A stretch of DNA of 64,000 nucleotides from Octopus sinensis. Its lineage: Eukaryota. Positions 38,997 through 52,618 of the stretch are shown here, piece after piece. How positions within the stretch are numbered: position 1 is the stretch's first letter; each line of letters starts with the position of its first letter. The stretch lies in contig NC_042998.1 of assembly GCF_006345805.1 (NCBI RefSeq), positions 101,060,001 through 101,124,000 of the forward strand. Reading direction: 5' to 3'. Position numbers and translations under genes: made by a program. Below the pieces are notes generated by a model, which worked only from the letters and a program-made list of their open reading frames with translations, was not told where the DNA came from and did no database searches.

Positions 38997-39103
38997 GTAA
39001 GACAAAATATATAACGAAAATTATTAAGTATATAAAAAGAAGCTTACTTTAAACAAGCTTTATTTAATATACTTAATAATTTTCGTTATATATTTTGTCT
39101 TAC
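38997..39103. repeat. Perfect 37-bp inverted repeat (hairpin) with a 33-nt loop
   Basis: gtaagacaaaatatataacgaaaattattaagtatat (38997-39033) is the exact reverse complement of 39067-39103. Confidence 0.95.
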
Positions 39104-39722
39104 CCAAAAAATCGAGCATCTTATTACAGGATTCTAATATTTTAAACAAGAAATTCAAATCTCTGAGTTTCGTTAAATATTTACTAAAGAATTTTATATA
39201 AGTCTACAGGTTAATTTTTTTCTTCTAGTGGTTTATAATAACATAAACGAATTTCGATCTCATGTGATTAATATTTTGTATTTAATATTTTATACATATG
39301 GAGCCTTTCTTTTACATCATTTAAAAAATACATTTACATTTGTTTAAAATAATAATTCTTTGATGTATGGTTTAATTTTTAGTTAAAAAAGTTTGATACC
39401 TGCCACTAACAACTTTTTTCCGCACGCTTAGTTCATATTGATATTTCATGAATGAATAATCCACATTAAAACAAAAACAAGCAAAAAAGCATTAAAGAAA
39501 ACAATAACAAAAGAAAAAAGAAGCAAAACAAAAAAAAACAAAAACAAACAAAAATACTGTTATAACTGTCAGCCAATCAGAACAAATCTACACCCTGAAA
39601 ATATTGTGTATAATTTCAAAATTCAAAACCAGAGGAATTTGGTGATTTGTGTCGGCAACAGGTGTTTCAAAGGAAATGTGATAATAATCAAATAAATACA
39701 ATTAGATATAATGTAAATAGAG

Positions 39723-39866
39723 AATACCAAACGAGTTCCCTATGGATACCGTATTTATTACAACGAGTGACTTGTAAACGTATCTAACGACCGAAAGCGA
39801 GTTAGATACGTTTACAAGTCACGAGTTGTAATAAATATGGTATCCATAGGGAATGAGTTTGGTATT
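39723..39866. repeat. Long palindrome (about 66-bp arms, 12-nt loop gaccgaaagcga) with symmetric internal loops
   Basis: The arms pair except for two GAG-opposite-GAG bubbles and one G/T position. Confidence 0.95.
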
Positions 39867-41544
39867 TTATTTATTACACACGAATAAACGACCATATTTT
39901 ATTAACCCAATAACTAAATTCTTCACATCGTGTTGAAGCGCGCATGAATACAGTTTGATTTCACGTCAGTGACGTCACAATGTGTAACTGTAAAAGATGT
40001 CATGCCGCAGGAAGATAGTCCGGAACATTCTGTATGTTCCAAGAGGTTGAACAACGGATAACACTCTTCCCCCATCTTTACCATCAATCTTAACAAAATC
40101 ATTCACCTTGATATCGACAACAGTAGCCATCTTGTTGATAGATCTACCTGCACTGCAAGAGTATCGACGAGCAGACGAAATATGTTGTGATTTTTTTGGC
40201 AACAAAAAATTGAATTACGACCAGAAATGTTTATATTTTATGTTTATATGACTTTAAGTGATATCTGGTATAAAAAAGATAGTATGTTTGTTTAATTACA
40301 TGGCTACATTTTACCTGCTCGTGAAAGTAATGAATGAAGTTTAGTTGTAACTTATGAATGACAAAAGTAGTGCCGTCACCGTGACCTCGGGTCATCACCA
40401 TGGATTGACCAATCAGAAGCAGCGCTCGCAGTATCTGACATATGTTAGATACCAAAAATATCTCAGTGTTCTCACTCACATGTGTGTAATAAACCATATT
40501 CTTTGTCTCTTTAACTCCTCTTTCTCCCAGTATCTCCCAAATATTTTTATCCTATAGACGTTAAAGTTCTCTATAACTTCATCCTTCGTGATAACGGCAT
40601 CCTAGACCTCCAATTATTCCTGAACCGTCGCATCACGTCTAAACTTACCAACCATACAGTCTTCCTCTTCCTCGAGCTCGTCTTATCTTCAAGTCTTTTT
40701 TTTACCAGCGAGTTCCCACAACATATCACAAGAATGGTTATAGGTATAACTTGTTTGTTGTTTATCGCCTCTAGTGCTACATATATATCTGTATCGGCGC
40801 CCCTTTTTCACATCAACTCCATTTCCTCCATAACTCTTTTCCAGGTCGCCTTGAATTTCACTCCCATTATCTCTGATTCCCATTTTTTTTAGTTCCACTC
40901 CTCAGTTACATACATGACCATAACCTACGCAAGCTCTTCATCAAAAGTTCCTTCACTTTTCGAAGCACCCTACCTGGAAGTCCACTTGCTCCTGTTCCCA
41001 TTGTCTTTTCATTTACAATATACCAAATTTACAGGATCCTCAAATCACTTCCTTAGTTGCAGACTAATTTGCATATACCTCAATCCATATAATAGTGCAT
41101 CAAATGTCAAGAATATAATGCTTTGTGCATAGATGAAATAAGTCAATGTTAGCTACATAACACCTGGGAAGACTAACCTGCTTGATTTTCAGTACAACAT
41201 TCAGGGTCATCTTGAACCCGTAGTTATCCATTTTACTCCCCCGGTCTGACACACATCACCACTATTTTGTCTTCTGGTTACTCAAATACCATCACAACTC
41301 TCCCATTAAGTTGCTAAGGAATGTTTTCTCTGTTATCGATTTTTTCTATTTGCTGCCTGGCGTCATTCAGAAGCAGATATTTTCCATTCCCTCGCGGCAA
41401 TTCCATTTATACTATACTATCTTTTACAAGCATATTTCCTGCATATTTCTAACACCGTTCTTCCAATTTCAGTAGTCACCCGAAGAACAGCAACGAGAAA
41501 CTTGACATGACGATTTATCAAATTTCATATATATACATATATGT

Positions 41545-41924
41545 ATTCTTTTATTCTTTTACTTGATTCAGTCTTTTGACAGCGGCTATGCTGGAGCACA
41601 GCCTTTTAGTCGAACAAATCGACACCAGAACTTATTCTTTGCAAGCCTAGTACTTATTCTATCGGCCACTTTGCCGAACCGCTAAGTTGCGGGAGCGTAA
41701 ACGCACCAGCATCGGTTGTCAAGCGATGGTGGAGGGACAGACAAATAGACACACACACATATACGACGGGCTTCTTTCAGTTTCCATCTACCAAATCCAC
41801 TCACAAGGCTTTGTTCGGCCTGAGGCTATAGCAGAAAACACTTACTGAAGGTGCTACGCGGGGATACTGAGCCGAGAACCATGTGGTTAGCAAGCAAACT
41901 TCTTACCACACAGTCACTCCTGCG
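41545..41924 (-). mobile_element. SINE family B
   Basis: Reverse complement of the 36661 copy. Confidence 0.88.
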
Positions 41925-41984
41925 TATAAATGTATGTATGCATTTTCATATAGATACATAGCTTTTATATAAGAGCTATATATA

Positions 41985-42050
<66 letters not shown>

Positions 42051-42053
42051 GGG

Positions 42054-42135
42054 CAAGTGTCTTCTACTATAGCCTCGGGCCGACCAAAGCCTTGGGAGTG
42101 GATTTGGTAGAGGGAAACTGAAAGAAGCTCGTCGT
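42054..42135 (+). mobile_element. SINE family B, partial
   Basis: gggcaagtgtcttctactatagcctcgggccgaccaaagccttg...ggaaactgaaagaagc. Confidence 0.8.
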
Positions 42136-42186
42136 ATATACCAATCGATATATATCAATCGATCTGTCAATCAATCAGTCAATCAC

Positions 42187-42244
<58 letters not shown>

Positions 42245-42268
42245 CATCTATCCATCCATCCATCCATC

Positions 42269-42342
<74 letters not shown>

Positions 42343-42754
42343 ATATCTTTCTATCTATCTATCTAGCTAGCTATGTCTCTATCTACTTGTGTGTGCGTGT
42401 ATCCGCATGTATATGATGAGTATGTGAATAAGAACGGAATAAGTTTGAATCCAACTGAAGTCAACTCCGCCCCACGTATTCATTTTGGCAACAGCAAAAT
42501 CAAACAAATAAAATAAAACTGTCAGCAGAGCAAGTACATAAAAAATAAATAAGTCAACACAGCAAGAATATGACATGGTTTACATGATATGAGAGTTGAC
42601 AAGTTAACATGCAAGAAACACACACACATACACACAAAAAGAAATAACGAAGCTCTGTTGAGGCATTTAAACCTGTTGAGAAGATCAGAGAGAAAAAGTG
42701 TGATGAAAAATTTCTGAGAATATAACCAAAAGACTATAGCGGTCAGGAAAAAAA

Positions 42755-42906
<152 letters not shown>

Positions 42907-43006
42907 GCTTATATGTTTGTGTGATACATGTTATACGTATGTGTGTGTGCATGTATGTATTACATATATGATACACTGCCTCTTTTCCCTATAATTTAAT
43001 ACGCTC

Positions 43007-43045
<39 letters not shown>

Positions 43046-43363
43046 TATATGCATATATGTTGATCTGATATAAATATGTATATATGTATATATATATATA
43101 TTATATGTGTATGGGTGTGTGCTTGTGTGTATGTATGTATTATATACATATACATGCATGAATATAATATATATATATATGTATACAACACACAGCCTCT
43201 TTTCACTATAGTTTAATATATATTAAAATAAGATGAAAGATGCAGTGTGTTTAAGCGCTTGCTTATCAGTCTAACTCCCATTCTGTAACGAAAACGGTTT
43301 GAACTTACCCTTCTACACACACACATCATTGTCACTATTGTATTATATATGTACATATCATAT

Positions 43364-43431
<68 letters not shown>

Positions 43432-43542
43432 AAATTCAAAATGGCTGATGACTAGCATCGCACTTGAAACTTAAGAGTACCAACGAATTTGAATCAAACT
43501 GTTTTGAGCCATACATATAACTCCCAATAAATTGGTTGACTG

Positions 43543-43596
<54 letters not shown>

Positions 43597-43597
43597 A

Positions 43598-43655
<58 letters not shown>

Positions 43656-43682
43656 ATGTATTTATGTATGTATATGTATGTC

Positions 43683-43840
43683 GTGGCTGTGTAGTAAGAA
43701 GTTTACTTCTCAATCGCATGTTTCTTGGTTCAGTCCCGCTGTGTGGCACATTAAGCGTGTTTATTCTAGTATAGCTTTAGGCTGACCAGAGCCTTGTGAG
43801 TGGAATTGGTAGATAGAAACCGAAAGAATCCCATCGCATA
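43683..43840 (+). mobile_element. SINE family B, 5' half
   Basis: gtggctgtgtagtaagaag...ggttcagtcccgctgtgtggcac...gccttgtgagtgg. Confidence 0.75.
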
Positions 43841-44183
43841 TGTACCCCACACTTGTTGGTATTAGATAAAACCGTTCCGTAAATGATGTACCTCATTTTC
43901 TCTCCGAAAACCGAACGGGCCGATACCGTATGGATAGCTTATCTACGTTTACTGAAAAATGCACTATTTTTGTTCGCATCTATTTTTGTTCGCATCTATT
44001 TTTGAAGTAATTGTAAAAGACGATGTGCACACTTACTTTCTTTTTTTTACTGTATTGTAACAACTCAGCAATAATGTTTAATACACAAATGCCATAATCT
44101 ATACCGACTCCCGTTATTTGCGTCTCCATTCTTTCTTTCTATACATGTGTATACACACTCATATGTATACACACACATATACT

Positions 44184-44246
<63 letters not shown>

Positions 44247-44654
44247 ATAATAATAATAATAATCAAGAATGGAATAAATGTTTTAATGCATCGCTACGCG
44301 TGTTTCCACAAATCACATGCTATTTGTGACCATAATCCACATCCATAGGATAATTCCTATACAATTTGTAATAGCCATGGATATTATGGCAAGATGTTAT
44401 TCATACATTCATTTCCTCAGGCGATATAGCATCATAGTAGGAGGTAGCGAATGTTTATCTGAAAGATGTTTATCAATTTGCAACAATCAAAGTGTTCCGT
44501 GAGGCATGTGGGTGGCCCTGCGTGTATTTGGACTAATCGTGTGTGCAGAAATACATAGGAACAATATAGGAGAGGGAGATAGAATTGGTATGATTTTATA
44601 AAGTATCTAGATTGTGTAGTTGTTCTATTATTGATAGACGAGAAGAGAGTGCCT

Positions 44655-44706
<52 letters not shown>

Positions 44707-45731
44707 AATAGTAATAATAGTTGAGAAAGGGATGTGTGATAAGGCTTGATTTGTTTTGATATTTGTGTGTGTACATGTTGGGATGGGTAATGTAGATCAT
44801 GGTTTGAACTTAGGTACAGCAGGCGCTTCCTTGTTGAATTCAGATATGGGTGAAAGGGAGCGAACTTTGTTTAGATGTTGCCAGCTCAAAGTGTTACAAT
44901 GCAAGGTCTGTCACAAAAAAAGAGCCTGCACGTTTCGTGGAGGATTAAAGCGGCACTTGAACATGTATAATAAACAAGCGGAAAATGGACCCAATGCTGA
45001 AATGAGGCATTTGCTGCAGTAGATGTGACCAGCTATCCGAACGCTTTTCAGCACTGAAATATCATTTAAGATTTCACGCTAATACAGGGCAAATATAGGT
45101 TAAAAAAAGGTCCAGCTCTGCAAAGGACAGACAACTCAATACATGCATATTTTCAGAACAAATTGTTAGATGACTATAAAGCGGTAATAAGAAAAATGAG
45201 ATGACAAAGAAATAAACGATTACTTTATGTACTTCATTAGCTTACAACTATACGTGGCCTGATCAATAAGTATCAGGACTGTTGCCAAAGTAACGAAGCT
45301 AAAGCATGCTGAGTAAAGCCACTTATATATGAATAGTTCGTATTTGTATTTGGTTTTGAAGATTCTTGGTGTGAATTCTTGTGCTGAAAGAGATACTATT
45401 GAACCTTGGTGAGATGGACATTATGGCGGTAGTAATAAACACACGCTTGTGTTTCTAATTACCGGCATAATGCCCCTCCCAAGGCTCAGTAGTATACACA
45501 CACATACACACCTGTGTGTGCGTAAAGTAATATTTTATAAGCTTAAAGCTTACAAACGATGATCATACATTGACTAAAGTAAATAGTCTAATAATGCGGC
45601 ATATAAGCCATCGACGGAAAAAAGTAGGAACAGTAGCGGAGGGAGATAGAGTTGGTATGCCCCAATATTAGACTACTTACCTAATATGTTCCAGTATTAG
45701 ACTATTTTCCTTACTCAATGCACGGTGATTA

Positions 45732-45859
<128 letters not shown>

Positions 45860-46078
45860 CAAATGGATGTGTTATAATACTATTCCACATATACAAAAAC
45901 TAACAATCTAACATACCCCCATCATCATGTAGCCCACGGATATCATTATGGTTTCGACACTTGGCAGTACCATTCAAACCGGCGATGTCAAATAAGTGTT
46001 GCCTGGGAACAAATATATCAAAGAAACCACAACTTTCAAACACATTTACCCTATGAACAACATCATCGGTAATTACAA

Positions 46079-46147
<69 letters not shown>

Positions 46148-46179
46148 ATAGAAGCTAGTTTTTTATAGTGTTTACTCAC

Positions 46180-46386
46180 CCCAGCTCAACACTTGAACTT
46201 CTCTGGTTGCCTGGCCACTCTTGGAGGCAGAGGGTTCGCGTTGAGCCGTCAGCGTAGCTAAAAGTCTCGGTCTTGGAATAAATAGCCAGCGGTAGCGATA
46301 TGAGGCAAGAGGCCAACCATATGACTACGATGAGTCCAATGACCACTTTCGCTGACATTCTCACCCATCGCATAATGGCCAGATAT
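46180..46386 (-). CDS. TACR: Tachykinin receptor exon (R of DRY, ICL2, TM4, ECL2), 207 bp
   Basis: Acceptor tcttattctttcag|A TAT CTG, donor GG|gtgagt. Encodes (R)YLAIMRWVRMSAKVVIGLIVVIWLASCLISLPLAIYSKTETFSYADGSTRTLCLQEWPGNQRSSSVEL(G), with W4.50, P4.59 and the ECL2 Cys. Confidence 0.93.
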
Positions 46387-47025
46387 CTGAAAGAATAAGA
46401 AGAATAAGAACAATGAGAGAGTTCAAAGACAAAACAAATATTAAAAAAAAGCAACAGAGAAATAGAAAAATATAAAGTCACAACAAAAATTGCAGTAGGA
46501 GAAATTTGCAGTTGAGAAATTGTAGTTGATAATGCTAAATGTACATCATACGTGATACACTATGATGATGATGATGATGATTATGATGATGATGATGATC
46601 ATCATCATCATCATAATCAAATACTCCCCAAAAAAGAATATTCACTGTTGGAATGCCTTTGATCTTTTTTCTAGTTCATCGCTGACAAAAGGTTTAAATA
46701 GTAGCAACAAGAACAAAAATGACTTTGAATATAAACACAAGAAACCATTGTTTTAGTTTCTCTTTGTAGCACACATTTGCCTCAGATATACTATACGACC
46801 TTTTGATCTTTTACTCTTTCTTTTTTGATATTACTAAAGCATCGATTTCTCTAGCACGTAACAGGTTTCCAGGTTTCAAAATAAAGATTTGGTACGAGTG
46901 AAGAATTTTATTTAAGCACCAAAATATTTCCTCTGCCTTGTGAGTGAATTCAATAGGTAACAACTTTGCAATGCGCGAGCGTATGTGTATATGCATGAAT
47001 ACTTATATACAGAAGCGTAATGTGG

Positions 47026-47070
<45 letters not shown>

Positions 47071-47789
47071 TTTATATATATTTTACTGTGTTTCTATCTG
47101 AATCTGATTTTGTTTATGTTTCCGTTAATCAGCGGTATGGTTAAAAGGTAAAATACCCTGAGCTTGATATGATTGGCTAAACCATTTAAGGCGGTACCCC
47201 AGCTTGGCTGTAGTCAATGATTGAAACGCATAAAAGAATAAAGGAATAATTATTTTGACGTCGACTAATCCGGATTTTACTATCTTTTTGCTTGATTACT
47301 GTTTCAGAATTACAAAGGAGAAATTCAGTAACGCCAACAATCACATTAAAGCTGCCTACAGGAACCTGTTTGTCCATTCAGTTCAGCCATATAAATCACA
47401 GCTTTAAGCTGCGTATAAACGGAATAGAATGTCCGCTATAAACACGAGATGCAGTGATGCAAGCAATGGAATCACTTACACCAAACAGTTCCAAAGAGTG
47501 CTAATGAATAAAATACATCTAGCATCCTTTACCAGATAATATCATCCAAAAGAAGATTAACACCCAAGAGAAGATTAACACCGACAGCATCAACAGAAGC
47601 AGTGGCGGCAGCGTTTGTTTGATGATACAATCACTGCTGCAATCTGCTTGGCGATCCGTAAGGAGAAACTATATATATATAGCTGCGCGTACCTTATAAC
47701 TTTCATGTAAAGTACTGTCTCAACCCCTAGGACTCATACAGTTTGTTACTCAGTTTCCATGGCATATAAGTAATCAAGAGCACAACACG

Positions 47790-47965
47790 CCTTGTATACG
47801 GGACGTCAGTACATCGCAGGATCACCCATTTGCAAATGAGTGAATTAAAGCAACGTGAAATGAAGTGTTTTGCTCAAGAACACAACGCATCACCCGGTCC
47901 GGAAATCGAAACCGTGATCTTGCGATCATGAGTGCAAAACCTTACTCACTTGACCATGCGCCTTC
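47790..47965 (-). mobile_element. tRNA-derived SINE (family C, CORE-like)
   Basis: Reverse complement ggcgcatggtcaagtgagtaagg...ggtttcgatttccggaccgggtgatgcgttgtgttcttgagcaaaacacttcatttcac. Confidence 0.7.
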
Positions 47966-48319
47966 ATATTTCATGAGAAAATACCTATTTGAGAATCAGT
48001 TCTGACCGCTACTCTAACAATAAATGAAGACTGGTGAGTTGCTCTATAAACAAAGTAGGTATGAATTTAAAGAATTTAAGTTGCGTTTACACGCCGTCTA
48101 ATAAGTGTGGCGAGTTTTACATCGACAACACAACTCACAAACGGCACATCTGCGTAAAAGAACAGATTTATGCAAATGCTTCGTCAGTTTGAACAAAACT
48201 GGAGAAATGTCATAACCAGAATATTACGATCGCCCTCAAAGTCTAGGATACTGAGTTTCATAAAATTGAAGAGCTTATTCTCATTAAAATTTTTTTACCC
48301 CATTATTAGCACCAAATAA

Positions 48320-48750
48320 GGTGGTGAGCTGGCAGAATTGTTAGCCCGCCGGGCAAAATGCTTAGCAGTATTTCGTCTGCCACTACGTTCTGAGTTCAAA
48401 TTCCGCCGAGGTCGACTTTGCCTTTCATCCTTTCGGGTTCGATTAAATAAGTACCAGCTACGCACTGGGGTCGATATAATCGACTTAATCTGTTTGTCTG
48501 TCCTTGTTTGTCCCCTCTGTGTTTAGCCCCTTCTGGGCAGTAAAGAAATAAGAATTGTTAGCATACCGGGAAAATGCTTAGCGACATTTCGTCCGTCTTT
48601 ACGGTCTGCCTTCAAATTCCGCCGAGGTCTACTTTGCCTTTCATTCTTTCGGAGTTGATAATATAAGTACCAGTTGAACACTGGCGTCGATGTAACCGAC
48701 TTCCCCCTTCCCCCAAATCACTGACCTTGTGCCAAATTTTTGAAACCATT
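48320..48750 (+). mobile_element. Two tandem SINE family A copies
   Basis: About 48320-48551 (full) and about 48552-48750 (variant tail). Confidence 0.85.
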
Positions 48751-49002
48751 ATTAATACAAATCACGAGCTGTCCGACGCTAATAAACTAATTTAACGATA
48801 CCATTCCGCTAAGCTGCACTCTACCAAATTCTCGCGTATTTGGGCAGCTCAGGGATAAGCTTAGTTTCCATTTTCTCTTCATGAGGGTACATCATTGTTT
48901 TTGCTTTGCTTTTTACTTTCGTTTTTACACGTTTATTTTCAATTTGCATTGTGGTGAATTTCTTAAACCTTTTCAACTGATAATATTTTCTGTAAGTTTA
49001 AG

Positions 49003-49215
49003 ACGGTGAGCTGGCAGAATTGTTAGCACGCCAGGCAAAAATGCTTAGCAGCATTTTGTTTGTCTTTACGGTCTGTATTCAAATTTCGCCGAGATCGATT
49101 TTGCATTTCATCCTTTCGGGGTTGATAAAATAAGTACCAGTTTAGCTCTGAGGTCGATGTAATCGACTTAACTCCTTGCCCGAAATTGCTGGCCTTGTAC
49201 CAAATATTGAAACCA
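49003..49215 (+). mobile_element. SINE family A, variant tail
   Basis: ggtgagctggcagaattgttagcacgcc...catcctttcggggttgataaaataagtaccag. Confidence 0.82.
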
Positions 49216-52200
49216 ATGGCTTCTATCGGTGAAAGGAAATCAGTTGATCAATTTCGGTAACCGCAGAAAATCTTGTGGTGGATATTACATTAAACATTAA
49301 AATTGATAGCTTATCAAGGTGGTTAATATGTTAGGGTCGCTGGTATAAGCTTGATAACATAGAGTCCATAGCACGTGAGTTGCTGTTGTTTTGGCCAAAG
49401 TTAGTCTTGATCTGGCAGACTTAGGATCAAAGGTATTCCAGCCATCATCGTATCAGATATAAAATATTTAGAACTACAAATATCCTTGATGTATTAATAA
49501 TCTAAAAACGAAAAGGAGAAAATCGACAACGACGGCTGTATTTTTTTTTCTTATTTAACTACAACGCTACATGTCTGAAGGCTGTACAACGGAATATTAA
49601 AAATGTTATTGCGAGTGAGAAGTGTTAACCACTATTACCAGTATGGTAAGAAAAAATATTGCAGATAAAATTAATAGTTTAAGCTATTTTTAAACGTGGT
49701 TAAGTTGTCCTTTGCTGACAACTTGTGTGTGAGTATGTGTAAGGAAAGAAAGAGAAAGAGAGAGAGAGAGAGAAAGCGAAAAAGAGAAAGGAAAAAAGAG
49801 AGACAGAGAGGAAGAAAGAAAGAGTGAGAAAGGAAGAAAGATAGATAGAGAGAGAGAAAGAGAGAATGAGACAGAAAGAGAGAGAAATGATTTGCCTTTG
49901 TAGTGAGGATTCTTCGGAAACCTTATCTGTTCAAAGTCAGACAAAAAGTCTAATTTTATTAACCCAAGATAGATTCAAGTAGCACATCAGAATTTCCAGA
50001 AAAATGTTGGATATTATTTCTGTGCTGTTGTTGTAAAATACATTAGCTGTTATCGCTCCGAACAAAGTAATCGTTGGATACGACTGAAAAAAGGAATTTG
50101 AATAGAACAATAAACAACTTAAATATGGGATCAATTTCGATTTTGGAGATAGTTAAAAAAAAATTCTAGGTCGCACGAAGCTGGTAACGTTATTTGCTTT
50201 GTTGGTTTTGCTGTTGCTTCATGTCAAGTGAGCTCTGGTCGAACAGAGATGTGCGATCAAAGGCATTACAGTTATGACCAGCCTAAGAACTTATCTACAT
50301 TATCCATGTATTATTTTCTTTCCCAAGACAGGAGAGCATAATTTGAAGGGAGTGGGTGGGCAATCTAGTAGATCAAGTGGCAATTCACAAGCTTCCGCAA
50401 AGGTTACTTATTGTTGTTGATGTTGATATTCATTTTATGGTCAGAATATGGTAAAGCTACCAATCAACCACTTAAGAGCACCAATGGGTTCAGCATCCAA
50501 GCTATAGTGTTAGACGATGTCAAACATGAATGATAAATTCTTTCCCGTGATTAATGATTTTATGATTAACCATAAGTCTTTTTGTTTCGGGATGTATTTC
50601 CTTACGATTTGGTGCATGAAACATCTAGGCTGAAGTTTTATTACTGTCTTGGTCATGAGAAAGATGTTGATCTGTAGATGTTGATCTTCACATGTCCATC
50701 TAAACTGGAGTGACGGTCGGGGTTTAATGTTCTTGTTGAATAGTCGATAGTCGACTGTTGGGCATGGCGGGAACTTCTGAGGGGTGACGACATTCTAGGG
50801 AGGATGGACTAATCGTAATGATTAATGCAGGACAAAATGGGTGTAGGTAATAGGGGGTACAATATGGATGACAAGGATGAGATACGGGTGAGTAGGGAAT
50901 GCCTGAGTTGAGATGCTTGGAATGTCAGCGTCGAGGAACGTAGGCAAGTCTAGTGACATTATAAAAACAGAGAGAAAAAGGCAGAAGGTCTGTGGGACAG
51001 ACACTGGAGTATATTGGTGAGTGATTTTGAGTAGCTTTTCTTTGGTTGAATCGAAGGAACCTCTTTGGTGGCTCACAATAGGCTTTGAATTAAAATGAAT
51101 CAGTAATTGCACTGGTGATAAGATACGAAATGAAGAAACTATGTGTTGCAATACCAGCGACTAACACGTTCGGTTCTATAATTACAGAAAGATAGTTTAA
51201 TTATCGACACTGAAAAATAAATTGATTTATTTTGTCCTGCTCAGACTTCAATAAAAATACTTTTATAAAAAATATAATTATATCGAAATTGACCTTAGTC
51301 CCATCGAAGTATTTCTATTTTGTACCAAAACTCAAAGAAGGTTAAATTAACAGTAAACAGAACGGTGATAGAATACATCATTCTATTTTCGGATTGTTAA
51401 TAGTCTTCTTTAGACGTATAAATAAATTGCTTTACGAAGTAATTGTTTTGTTTTTTGAGATTTTAGTTTGAAGATATTGAGCAGTACTCGTTTGTATTTT
51501 CACAAACTTCTAGCGTTAGTTGCGTGTCGTTTCTGTAGAAATGTCTAATTTTGAATTGCTACAATGGAATGATATATATAACAAAGATTACCAGAGAGAA
51601 AATCTGAATCCATTCAGTGTGGAAATAATACTGGAAGACATTTGAAAGTGTCCAAAACATATATTTTAAAAGCAAACATAATTGATAAAATAGCATTAAT
51701 GGAAAAGTTTTAATGCACTTCCCATGTGTTATTTTTAAATATTGCAAGAGAGTGGTGATTGAGATATTTGTATTGACAACATGGTTAAGCATAGTTTTCT
51801 GTGGGAGACGGTAGCGTGTGATTCAAGAATGTGCCTCTTAGTTAAAACGTATGTCTATACAATTGTTCAGTGTAATATAGAATACTCAATACAAACTTAA
51901 ATGCTATAAAGCTTCATGAAAGCATATTACATAAGTCATGCGAACAACTACATTTACTATCGGCTATCTGTGCACATATAAAACGGAGGTATCGAAATAC
52001 ATTACATTCTAAATATCTATAGAAAAATTGTTATAACATGCACCACTGTTATCTATATGAGATTCCTAATGAAAAAAATCCCCAAGCCATCAATTCAATG
52101 CTAATATTCCAATGTTTCCTAATCTTCAGCGCATTGAACATTTTTTATCAATGCATTCAATCACCCATACCGCACTTCTTACACTATTTAATTGTTACTA

Positions 52201-52375
52201 ACATAAGGAGAATATATAACCGTATAGCATTCTTTAATTGGGTATTTAATGATATAGTCTTATTATGTGAAACGTCAATACAAAAGACAATGGAAAACAC
52301 ATACCAGCTCTCAGTAACAATAAAAGAGATAGGAGAAATAAAGTTGGCATAATGTGAAAAAGAGTTAAGTAGCAG

Positions 52376-52495
<120 letters not shown>

Positions 52496-52585
52496 GTTTG
52501 TCTGTCCGTCTGTCTATCTGTCTGTCTGTCTGTCTGCCTATGCTTCAATGTATATATGTATTTACGTATGAATATTTAGATAGAT

Positions 52586-52618
<33 letters not shown>

